DNA of 64,000 nucleotides from a virus (Duplodnaviria > Caudoviricetes). The DNA lies in IMG/VR virus record IMGVR_UViG_3300012344_000017, positions 41,851 to 105,850 of that record. One strand, 5' to 3'. The position numbers and the translations under genes are program-made. Positions 1 through 13,013 of the stretch are shown here, piece after piece; position 1 is the first letter of the stretch; each line of letters begins with the position of its first letter. Below the pieces are notes generated by a model. That model saw nothing but the letters and a program-made list of their open reading frames with translations. It ran no database searches and was not told where the DNA came from.

Positions 1-3000
1 GAGGTGGTTTTGCTATGGGTGGTATGCATCCTATGGTGGTAATGAATATCTATCATGCTGTTAACGATATAAAGAATACAGTACAAGTAAAGGACGCTAT
101 AATGCACAGCGCTCTTCTCGACAGAGAACAAGGAAAGATGAACAGAGCTAGCAATGCCGTTATCTCAGACCAGATCTCTAGGGGAAGATATAATTAGCTG
201 ACTACTGAAATACAGCAGCTTAGAGAGGCTGATTTAAAGCGAGAAAGACCACGTTTTGGTGAACAATATTGGAACGACTTGCAGTCTAATGTAGAGCGTA
301 TTGCAGCACTTGTAAATAATAAGCAGATTGAACAACAATATCGCCTTAAAGGTATCAATAAAGGCACCGAGCAATATAATGTAGCAATAGCTGATAGAGC
401 TAATATAGAACAACAGTTGGCTGCTAATAGAAGAGCTTAGTAGGAAGCAGAGGTTAGACTACAGTAGATTTATGATCAACAAGGTTATCAAAATCAGGTG
501 GAACAAGCCGTAAATAGACAAGAGTAGTCAAGAGACCATATGTTAGCTGCTATAAATGCTGCAACAACAAAGACTAGGGCAGTTGAGTCTTACATTAACA
601 GAAAGGTAGAAGAGTATAAGAAGTCACTCGATACTGCGGCTCTACCAAAAGAAGAGGTAGAAAAATCTGTAACAGAATATAAGGAATCTATCAAAGATGA
701 GGCTAACGAATACGGCGAAAGGTTTGTAGAGAACTCTCAGAGAGAAGAACATGCTAGACACGTAAATAACTTCTAGAGAAATTCTGAGGCTCATAATAGA
801 ATGAAAGCCTTGCTTACTCTTAGAGCTAAGATGAATTCTATTGAAGATATTTTTAAGTTTGCTCACGATAAGCTTGGTTTAAAGACAGTTAGACCTGATG
901 CTAAGTTATTGTCTGCTAATATAGATAAGTAGATTGCTCGTGCAAAGCAAAACTTATCTAAAGCTTATAAGAATTTCGATGAGAAGTCTACAGATGAACA
1001 GACGTTACAATTCTTGAATAGCTTTAGCGAGTCTGTTGGATTTAATGACGACGGGATTCAAGAACTTGAGCAAGCTATGGCTATGTATACAGCTAATGAG
1101 TCGTTACTTAATTCTACATTATCTATTCATACAGAAGGTGTTACGCGTGATGCCTATGGTAATCTCGAGTACAATCCAGACGAAATTAGATATCAAAGAA
1201 AGTAGGCTGAATTAAAGTAGAAGCTTGGTAATAAATACAAGCCAGAAGAGCATAAAAGGGCAGCTGCTAAAGATGGTTCTAAGAGCAAACTTAATGAGCG
1301 TATCACAAAGATTATTGACGCAAATAAGCAGAACGAAAACATCGACTGGATGTTGTCTGACATATATGCAGGTGACGCTGTAACAAAGCTTACAGAGGGC
1401 TATTAGAATGATATGCTTAAAGCTGCCGAAGAAGACGTAAAAGACATCAATGAACAAGCTAAGTAGGCTGTAGACACTACAGAAACATAGTAGAATCATA
1501 CGGCTACTACAGGAGAGCTACAGAAGCATGCCGAAGAATACAGGCGTCGCAGAGATAAAGCTAGAGAACATTATAGGAAGAAACGCAAGGCTAGAAGAAA
1601 TAAAGCTAGAGTGTCATTCTTCCTTGGTTTCGACGAGCTTGCCATGCAGTCTTTTGACGGTCTTATGGAGAATGCCAAAGTAGGCTTCTATAAGTTCGAG
1701 TAGCTTTATAATGATATAAAGACTATCCTCCAAGAAGAGACTGGACAAGATGGTGGACCATCTGTGTTAGCTTTGGCTAAAGCGATGTACATTCGCCATT
1801 ACCTTACATCAACACGTAAAGAAAAGGAGAATATGAATACTCCTATGGATGTGTAGTTTTATGGTGCATAGGTTGCTACTCACGCTTCGCAGGATACATC
1901 TTTTGATGGATATAGGAGAGCTTTGAAGCAACAGCAAGATAGAGCTCTTATTCATTGTTTTCATACAACTATTGCATACGACGACAATAATACATTACAT
2001 GTATTTGAAAACATAGACGAAATAGATAGACTTGAAGAGCAATCACATTATCCAGAGATTGAGGAGAATGTAAATATCTCTGATAAATAGTAGATTCTCG
2101 GATATTTGGCTGATAATACAGATAGATTTGGCAGTCAGGATTACTCTAATATTATTGATTCTATATTCTCGCAATCAAACAAAGAAGAATTATTACAAGG
2201 GTTTGCTCATTATTTAGCATCAATAGATACAGCTTACTTTAATGCTCAATCTATAAGAGATGGTGAAACTATTAGAGAGATGGCTCAAGCTATAATGCTT
2301 GGAACAGATGATAGTTTTGCAGACAATCTATTGGATAACCCAAATGGTATAACTGAGGCTAAACGGTATGTTAAATCTGTTAGAGACAGAATGCTTAACG
2401 GTGGTCAATACAGAGTGCTCGACACAGATATTCCTATCTATGGTTATGACGATAAGGGTAGAGCTATACAGTCATAGGCAGATATTATACTTGTAGACAA
2501 TGATGGGCAACTTCTTGTGATAGACGTAAGGTCTTCTTTTAGACCTGATTTAAAAGCTAGAATGCTCGGCAATCAAAAGGTTAATGATCGAGCTAAAGAA
2601 ACGATGATCCAACATGAGTAGAGATAGCTTCAAAGATTAAATTAGATTCTTTATGATACATTTGGTTCTAATGTAGAAGGTACGTATGTAATGCCGTTCT
2701 ATAATGATAGAACAGCACATCTTATTGTAGCCGAACCTGTATTTAAGGTTGAGATGCTTGATTTTAATAAACCTGTAACACCTTATTACAATAAGTCTAA
2801 TGAAGATATTTCTAATGAAGTTGTTAAGCCTCTACAAGACAAAGTAAATGAATTAAAGGAAGATTATCAGTAGTTACTTGATAGTATTACAGAAGCTGGT
2901 GATAAACAATATTCTGATTCTCATGCATTTAATAATACGTACGATATATTTAAAGAAGGCTCAAATAAGGATGAATTATTGCTTCAGATAAGAGACCTCC

Positions 3001-6000
3001 ATTCTGCCATAGAATCTATCCAGAGTTTGAAAGAAGACGCTCAGATGCGCTTAAATTAGCTATTACAACCTAAATAGCATGAGAATACAGTACTGGAGTT
3101 TTATCCAGAAGATGCATTTGATCACGTTATTGTAGATGAACAATATTAGGCTGGCCTTGATACTCTTCACGAAGTTTGTAAGAAACTTGATACGCTGTTA
3201 AGCTCTATTACGAATCTTAATATCACAACAGCAGACGAACGAGCCCAAGTTAATGAACTTATCTACTCTATATACGATGCACAAACAGCTCTTGATCAAT
3301 TCTACGGTAGCGATTAGTTTAAAGTTGGCGATACTTTACCAGAACAGAAGCTTATAGCAGCAGCTATTAACAAACTTGTAAACAATAGAATGATGTATGG
3401 AGATGCTGCGAATAAGGCTTTACAGATGTGGTAGACTTAGTTTGCTTCTAATATAGGCAATCCTAGCTTTACTTATTTCAATAAGATTAAATCGTTCCTC
3501 GCTACATTTGATGGTGAGTTTATGAACAGTCTTGTTGGCAATAAGAGTTTACAAAGATTCTGGAGTACAGTAGTAAATAATTAGCTTAAGTTCTTAGCTG
3601 ACAACGCAAAGAATGTATAGAAGACTAATACAGCTCTCGATGCAGCACTTACTGATACCATTTATGACGCAGAAGACTTTATTAGGGAATACAATCAAAG
3701 ATTCCCTGTGGATCCAAACGTTGACGATGTACTTGATATAAATAATGCACAGAGCATCAACATGATCGACGATCAATGGAGAGAATTGTACAGCGATACA
3801 ACTAAACACTTCCCCGCATTTAGAGCAAAACTTGACCCACATTATTTCTCTATAGCTCTTGATCCATATTTAATTTACCCAGATGCTTCTGGCAAGTCTG
3901 GTAACGCTGAGCTTGTATGGAGAAATAATGAAGTGTAGCTTAAACTTACAGACTCTAAGGGAAAGACAATCTTTATGACATTCGATCAGGGTAACGATAC
4001 TGGTCCTAGAGGCGTAGACCCAGTATATTTTGCTAGAAAGAAAGCCGCAGATGCCGTATTCGTATAGAAAGTTAAGTATATGCTTGACTTTATGAAGACG
4101 CATCCTGGATACCATATAAGCATGAAATTAAGTCGTTCTAAGGGCTCAATTAAGAATGGTAGTGAATTGCGGCCTGTAAGTAAATTCTTATTTGCAGGAA
4201 CGCTTAATCAACACGATTTGTATAACATTACATGTGATGCTGGCAATAGAATAGGTTTTCTTAAGACCACTCAAAACGTGAATACCGGCGATGTAACGAA
4301 GATGGTGTACGGCGGCCCAGAGTTATCAACTCTAATCAACGGTTTCGATCTCGAATATGTAAAGCGTACAGCCATAACACAATCTGGTAATATTGTATAC
4401 TTCTACGATACTGGTCAGGTAGAAAAAACTGTAGATAATAGATGTATTGGTACACCGTTAATACAACCTAAGTTTACAGCTGGTCAAGGTGGCTAGGCTA
4501 ATAAACTTGCCGACCTTATCTGGTATAAGTGTTATCAAGGTTTGAATGAGTATCAAGGTTATTCTATAGACGACTTGCTTAAGCAGGTTCTTTATATTAA
4601 GGCTGACAATAAAGTCTTGAATGAGAAATACAACTCTATAGAAGGTCTTGTTACGTTAGATCCAGCCAATAAGAGAGTTATCATAGGTAATGTTATTTAC
4701 CCTACGTAGAACCCTAATGTAGATTATGCTAACATCTACAACGCTCTATGTAATATGTATATGACGAAAGATGCTGCGTTTGTTCAACAGAACATGCAAC
4801 AATATATACAATCATCACATAATAGCGTATTAACTAAGCTTAATGCACAATATGCATCAAATCCAAATCTCGATAAAGTAGAATTACCTAACGGTCTTAC
4901 ATTTACTCGAGAAGACTTTACTCATGATGGCAAAGGTACCACTGGTCTTGGGTATATGCTACGTAATGGTTATTTAATGTCATATGCTGCTAAACTTGAT
5001 CCACCTACAGTATATGTAGATAATGTAGAGCTCGTACAAGATCATCCAGATGATAGTGCTCAATAGGTATCCAAAACAGTTGCTAAACAAGATATTCAAG
5101 AGCAGTAGAAGGAGATCGAAAGTTCCTTTATAGACTTGTTTTACGAACAAGATTTGTCAGAGTTTGAAGGATAGAAAGAAAAACCTTCGTTTGCTAATGC
5201 TGTTGATGAGTGGGTTAAAAAAACTACTGGTATTACTCCACAGTGGGTAGAAAGTGAAAGATTATCTGATGTAGCTTACAAAAAGAATAGCGCCGTACTT
5301 GCTAAATGTACAGACGCTGTTATCCAGATGTCTAATTCCGTTCCTTACACCATTGGTTTCCACGAAGGATTCCATAGAGCTTTAGAATTACTTGTAGAAC
5401 CATCTGTTAGAGAACAAATGTACTCAGCATACAGAAAGTCTCACCCAGATGCTGCTACAGAAAGAGATGTAGCTGAGGGTTTGGCTGATTTATTCGTTGA
5501 TTATATGCTCGGCACAAAGGATGCTAATACAATAAATAAACAAGGTTGGATTAAGCGAAGTGTAAAGAAGGTAGCTAATAGATTAAGTATTCTGTGGCAT
5601 TACAGAAATAATGCTAAAACAATCCTCACTTTATTCAATGACATTAAGTCTGGTAAATACGCAGACAAGCAAGTAAGCAAAGAACAGCGTGATAGGTTTA
5701 AGAAACTATTTGGAGAAGATCTGCACTATGAAATAAATGGTCGTAAGTTTGATCATATAGGTTCCGCAGCTGAGAAAGAGCATATGGCTAGAGCTCTTGG
5801 TTATATCATAGTAAAGTCAGCTAAAGATGCTACAGATATATATGATGCTGTACACAACTCTTCGGAACTTCCTATTAAATATATACCAATGAGAGTTATA
5901 AATAATCTTATTGGTGAACCAGGCTCCGTTAAGCCTGTTTTGAACGGACAATATATGTCGATGAGTGCGGTTACTCCTACGCAGCAGGCGTTTAGGGAGA

Positions 6001-9000
6001 TATTCTATGCCGAGCTTAACGATAAAGGCGAGGTTGTATTTCCTAACTTCTCTGCAATATCGAAAGAAGTATAGAAGTATCTTACTGAAATAATGGACGC
6101 TTATGATGGAAAATACAAGCATGACGATGATTCCGAAACTAGTGATCAGCAAGAGAATGATTATGGTAAATCTATTGAAAGATACGATAAGTCTTCATTT
6201 GAGTTTAGTAAGCTTGATTCTGTAAGTAAACCAGTAAAGATGTTCTTTGCTACAATACCTTACTACAAATTTGACGATAACGGTAAACTAACACTTGATA
6301 CATCTAAGAATATGTACGGGGTGCCTACATTTATGCCCATTAAGTAGGTGTTTAATGTGGTGGTTAGTAAATTACATGACGTTAAAACGCCATTGGATTT
6401 ATTAAATAGATTACAAGAGTTGTCTACGTAGAACCCTATGTATATGGCTATATATCAAAAATACAGTGATCTATACAATTCTGTTTACACATTCAATGAT
6501 GACGATTAGCTTGAAAAAATAGACTTTGACAAAGAGGCGCTTATGGTACAAATCTTTACATCCATTAAAGGTCATGAGCATAACTTTATTATCGGTAGAT
6601 CTATTCGTAATAAGAATGGTGGCGTTGAGGTTAAAATATCTGATGCAAACTTTGATAGAGACGCTAGAATGTACCCTAAACTTTGGAATTCATTCTTATC
6701 GTCTGGTCAATCAGGTTTGTTACAGAGATCAGTTGGACAGAATGGGCAATTACTTCTTTCTACAAAGTACAATACAAAAAACACTTAGGTAGATATGCCT
6801 ACAACTGTAGCTAGAAACGCCTTTAGATTCATATCTCAGTTCTTCTCAGATTTGCAATCGTAGATATTGAATGATTCCGCTAGTGAGTTTAAAATAAACG
6901 GTAGAGTTAGAAATGCGGCATCTAATAGCGATATCGAAGTACTTAAGGATGATATATGTAAAGAGTTCAATATGCTTGGTATTAACTTTACTAAAGAAAT
7001 GCTCGATCATATGTTGTCTACAAAGTACAATGGTGTTGGTAGAGATGCCTTAAAGAAGTGGATTACATCTACCGGTGTGTCTAATATTAACAGCTTTATT
7101 GATGCCGTAGGAAAGGTTGTTCAAACTAATGGTTATACAACACAGAAAGCTGTAGACGAAATATTTAAGACTGGTTTTGTTAGTGAGCTTGGTAATTGGG
7201 CTGGAGCTTATATGAAGATTACTACAGACAAAATGTCTAATGGTATGGATGGCACTAAGTTGTATAATGAGTCTCAAAACAACAGCATTAGTAACACTAC
7301 TGAGAATCTTAATAGTCACGATAAGAATAATATGGTAGTAAAGACTATATTGTAGTCTAGCTATAACATAATGAACAATAACGGTGTTAATATGGGTTCT
7401 ATTGTTGCTAAGCAATTGTAGAATGGTGAAGATTTTAATATTAGCATTTACACTCCTATTGGTTTTAAATCTGATAATCGTGGCGATAATGGTTCTAAAT
7501 ATAGTAACCTTGCAGAAGCTGAAGACTATATTAATAAGTTTGCGATGCTTCAGAATGGATATTGTATATTCCCAACGCTTGCAGATAAAGGTACATATAT
7601 GGTTCTAGGTGGTATAAATATACCAGGAATGGAATTTGGTTAGGCTGAGAATGGTGTTTATACAGTATCAGGCGCCCCAAAGATGGTATTCTTGGATAGT
7701 ATACACTACTATTTGCAGCCTAGTCAGTCTGTATTAAATCAATTTATCGACTACGCTTATACAGAACGTGAAGCTATTCTTGATTGTAGAGAACAACTTG
7801 GTTTACATGTATATAATCCTAAGGGTTTACCAGTACTGAACGACGAGGATAAGATAATGAATTACCACATCGGTAAGAAAGGTAAGCAGCCTGGTGGTAT
7901 TCAGTTTAAATCACTTACAACACTTAGAGTATACGAGGATGGTTAGATTAAGCGTTACGAGATAAGTAAGATGTCTCCAGACGAATAGCTTAAGACTCTT
8001 AATGAGCAGTTCTTTGATAAATCTAGAGAAGAACAAGAATAGATAATGTCCTTAACTCTTCAAGAGCAATATGAAAACGAAGTAGATAAAGCCGTTAGCC
8101 TTGGTATTGTTTCAAAGGACGAAAAGTTTGGTTATCTTGGGCTTAACAATATAAACCTCAATTAGAGCCAAATAGACGCCGTAGAACGTACTTTGTACAC
8201 TTAGATGCATAAAGACCTTACGGATAAAGGAATAACGCCTAATACGCAAAATTTGCAGCGTACGGCACATAGTATGGCTATAGCTGCTATTCTGCAGGAT
8301 GCTACGAATAGAGCTATTATTTCTTCTGAGGAAAGCTTACGATTATATATTGGTAATCCTGGTTTCTTTAAGAATGTAGAAGATATTCAAAAGCGTATTG
8401 GTGGTCTTGTGTCTACCGGTGATGATAACGTTACATCTTTACCAAACTACGATGGTTCTGATGGAGAACTTTATAGGTGTGCTGAAATATCAGACTATGA
8501 GGTAGCTTCAAATGCTGATATTATGAGCGAACTTCAAGAAAGAATGCGCGATGGTGAGTTAAGGGAAATCTACGGAAACCGTTACGGTTTTAATGGTGTT
8601 GATGATTTAGATATTGGTGCAGTAAGAGCTAGGCTCGTAGATGATTTTGGTGAAGATGCTGTTAAAAAGATTGAATCTAGAGCCAATAACTTCTATGAAG
8701 CTTATACTGGCGGTATCAATGTAGCAGATGGTGCATCTTATATTACAGCTGATATGTGTAAGAGAATGCTTAGAGCTAGAGGTGCATTAACAAATGATGT
8801 AGCTAAAGCTATCAATATTCTCGAAAGCTCAGACAAGTATTCTTGGATGGATCAAAAAGATGCATACAAGCTCATCTATGATAAAGTAAATCTTGTTACA
8901 ACTAAATATACTGCTTACGGATTTAGAGATCATACAACGAACGGAAAGAAGGTTTCTAACCTATCTGTGCCATACTATAACAAGTTTGCATTGTTCCCTA

Positions 9001-12000
9001 TATTCGATTGTATAGCTACTGGTAAACTTAAGAATGTGTACGATAAGATGAAGGAGAATAAGATTGATAACCTCCTTATGACATCTGCGGTAAAAGTTGG
9101 TCTTCAAGGTCATTCTGAGTTCGATGGTGAAACCATTAGTAAACCTTTAAATGTTTATACACAGAGACTTTCTGCGCTTCGTAGACAGCTTAATACAGAC
9201 CCTGAGGAAGGTGATGTTGTAGCAGCTGGTACACAGATGATTAAAGTTTGTTTATCTAGTTTACGTCTTGATAGAATGTATGGCGATATGACTGGAGAAT
9301 AGCTTAGAGATAAGCTTATGGGTTCTATTAATAAACTTTCTAAACTTGGTGTAGATAAGTTTAAAGATAGATTCTATTCTAATGGTATTATAGATCAGAA
9401 GAAGCTTAGCGAATATCTTATCGAACAGCTTGGTACTAGAAATGCTAATAAGAATCTTATAGATGCTCTTACTTATAATCCAGAGACAGGATCAATGAAT
9501 GCACCTATTGCATCTACAGCTGACGCTAGTTGGATGGAGTCTATGCTTATATCTGCAGCAAATAAGGATATTATTGATATTATGACTCCTGGTAGTTCAT
9601 TTATTCAGAGATCTGTATTTGCTATTGAAGGAAAGAACGGAGAAGGTTCTATACAAGGCCAAGAGATTTATAATGGTAAAAGATTATAGATGATCAACGA
9701 AGAAGGTTCTATGGACGCCGTAATATCCATTGATTACTTCCAGGATATTCTTCCAAAGAACTTATCTTACAACGAGGCTAGACAATGGCTCTTAGATCAT
9801 AATATAATCGGTGAAAATGCTACATCTAATACGATTGGTTATCGTATCCCTACACAGGCTCAGTCATCTATACATGCTTTACGTTTTGTAGATGTTGTGC
9901 CTGCTGTTAAATCTACAGTAATACTCCCAACAGAGTTTACTAAGATAACTGGTTCGGATTTTGATATAGACCACCTTTATTTGGCACGTTATAACGTCAA
10001 TAATGAAGGTAAATATGAATTTGATCCCGAAAGCGCAGAAGGTTTACAGAATAGCATTATTGAAAGTATTCTTACTGTACTTAAGGATAAAAAGTCTCTC
10101 AACATCTTATATAAGTCTATTGATAATGATACAGAGCTTGTAACAAGTATTGCAGACGAGATTCCAGAACAAGGTAACACAAAGAGTGTAGCGTATAACT
10201 TTGGCACATTACATGAGTAGGTTACTCGTAAGAATGACTACATTACAGGTAAAACCGGTATTGGCCCATTTGCGCTGAATGTAACAAACCATATTCTTAC
10301 AACATTGTATGGTGTTAAGTTTAAAGAATCTAGCTTTACAAAGGTAACAGGTATAACTGGTTTTGATTAGATTCTTGACGAAGATAACAATCAGATTTCA
10401 TCTTGGTTATCAGCATTTATTAACGCACACGTAGATATTGTGAAAGACCCATATATCTCCAAGCTTAATGTAAACGGCTTTACGTACAATATGATTAACT
10501 TACTTGCTAGAAACGGTAAGGGCAAACAAGGACTTTATTTCTTGTGTCAACCTATTATTAGAGAGATGGCTAAAGCTGATATTGACGCCAAGTCTTAGTT
10601 CACTAGAGACCCCAAGGTGTTTAAATCTGCTTTCGAGATGAGAGATAAGAGGCTAGCTGAGATATTCCCTAGTGTAACTGGTAAAACAATAGACGACGAT
10701 TATATAAAAGGCGCTACAGAGCCAAATAAATCTAAAGGTGAGCCTGCTAGACGAGCAGAAATAGTAAACTCTGTACTTAATAATATGGATATGCTTTAGA
10801 AGATAGCCAAGAATCCAGATTTGGTCTACGCTTAGACAGAAGAAGGAGAAAGAGCTAGGGTTTTCCAGGTTAACTGCTATATAGCCTGGAAATGTCTTGA
10901 GAAGTATTCTAATGCATTAAATAGTTTGGTGTAGTATACTAAGATTGATACTCGTAAACAAGGTAAGAATTTCCTTGAAATGCAAGCTTACCTTAGGGGG
11001 TACGAGAATCTTACAAACCCAGAAACTGATTAGCTGTTTGATATGGATTCTATTAACAACCTTATATACGGTACATGGATTGAGTAGAAGACAAGAGATG
11101 CTATTCAAGAGCCTATGAGAGTTATGTCTGGGCAATCATTCCAGGGAACTCCGTAGTTTATAGAACAACTTGTCAACCTGTCTGATGATTTTAAGTATAA
11201 AACAAATGATAGAGAGTCTGATTTGCTTAGAAACGCTAAGACCATGAAGAAGATATCGCAGGCTGCCAGTAGTTAGATTAAGGCTAGATACGCTCTTAGA
11301 TTAGCCAAATCGTTAGGTATTGATGTTAAGGGTTTATTTGACGGTAACGCTACGATATTTGATAGGCTTAATTCTATACAGGCTTGCATTCAGCGCGATG
11401 CATATGGTCTTGGTAGATTAAAGGATAACTACTTATTATCTCATCTAGCTCCATACATTTAGGATTAGGATGTATTTGTAGCAGGTAAGATTACAAATAA
11501 GCCTAAGTTTATTAGCGTCATAAATAGCATGGATGAGAGTAAGATGTCTTCTGATATGTTTATAGAGTCTTGGGAAGAACTTCTTAACGACCCGCAAGCT
11601 AATGTAAGAAGATTTGCAAACGATCTCATATTATATGCAATACTTACATCTGGTGATACAAAGGGCTTTAATAAGATTGCAAAGTATATTCCTATGAGCT
11701 GGCTCGAGGCTAGGCATGATGAGAGTATAGTACCTTTCTCTGATTACATTAGAGAGCAACTTGAGGCTCCAGAAATTGATCATGATCTTATAGCTCAAAA
11801 TAACTATATGGATAGCGATTTAATTAGTAGGGCTACATTTAAAGATTACTATTACGCTTTTAATGCTCAGTATTCTCCTGCCGTAATAATTAGTAAGGAT
11901 TCTCATGAACATGATGCTTTGTATGTATCAGTTCGAAACGATGGAACAACATACAGTGATCCAACATCTTATACTTTGTATAAAAAAGTTGGAGAAGCTA

Positions 12001-13013
12001 TGGTTAATGGATCCAAACGTGCAGTATATGCGTTATTACCTAAGAGAGGTTGGTCTGACAGAGACGGTCTTAATATATATGAGGCTGGAGATATAAATCT
12101 CAACGTAAACGGTATTCCGATGAGTCAAGAGATTATTGGGAACCAGCTTAATAAACTTATGATTTATCTTAGCCAAATGAAGCCAAACATTACTGATTAG
12201 TAGCGCAACAATTGGATGACATGGTTCAACCAAATGTACTATAACGCTAATTCAGAATATCCTACAATATCTAAAGCTGTAGAACAATAGAATACATAGA
12301 GTACTGTTGGTGAAGTAAAACTTGATGGTAAAGGTCCTTCTGGACAGACTATCTATATAAGCAAACAGCTATTCTATAAAGATCAGCCTCAGCAACACAC
12401 TAATGTACAATATGTGTTTACAGATAACGCTCAGGCTTATGCTAAAGCACAGGGATTATCTATGCAAGGATTCGCTAATTAGAACCCAGTATTAAATGTA
12501 AGCTCTGGCGCTACTGGCACAAACCAAGCTTGTATTAGAACTGGTAGTGATGGTAAGGTTACTCCTAATGCATTTGGTCTTGTAGTAAAGGTTAATCAAC
12601 AAGATGCTTCTGGTAAATGGCTTGCTAAAGACGGCTGTTTCTAGGATAATCAAGGCGATATAATGGCGTTTAAGTCGTGGGTAAATCATATGCTGTCTAG
12701 AATAGATAAGAATAAACCAATAGTATTCCCTGCCTCTATAGCTCTTGGTAAAGCAGCCCTTCCTAGAGAAGCAGCAGAATGGCTTAGTGTACAATTGCTG
12801 TCTAGATTTAACATTAAGTCTACAGTTCAAGAAAACACTAGAGCTGGTTATACTGGTTATGGATTATCTATAGAAGGTGTTGTAGACGATGATTACGCTA
12901 ATACGTTAATTAAAGAAGAACAATAGAAGCAAGCTCTATCACAACTTAGGTTAACTAAAGAAGATATTGAGGAAGCTGAAAGAATTAGAAATCATTGCAA
13001 AGGAGGTAAATAA
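1..13013 (+). CDS. Giant virion-packaged RNA polymerase protein (5'-partial, >4300 aa, TAG=Gln) with degenerate PD-(D/E)xK, zincin (HExxH) and two-barrel RNAP domains
   Basis: Nineteen listed ORF fragments from 15 to 12926 share one frame; the ends I checked are TAG, and the frame closes at TAA 13011-13013. Catalytic GSDFDIDH at 9951-9974, preceded by RIPTQ; ADGASYI near 8725; HEGFH at 5361-5375; ADIILVD...IDVR near 2478-2530. DFDID is the known crAss-type vRNAP catalytic loop. Confidence 0.93.
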
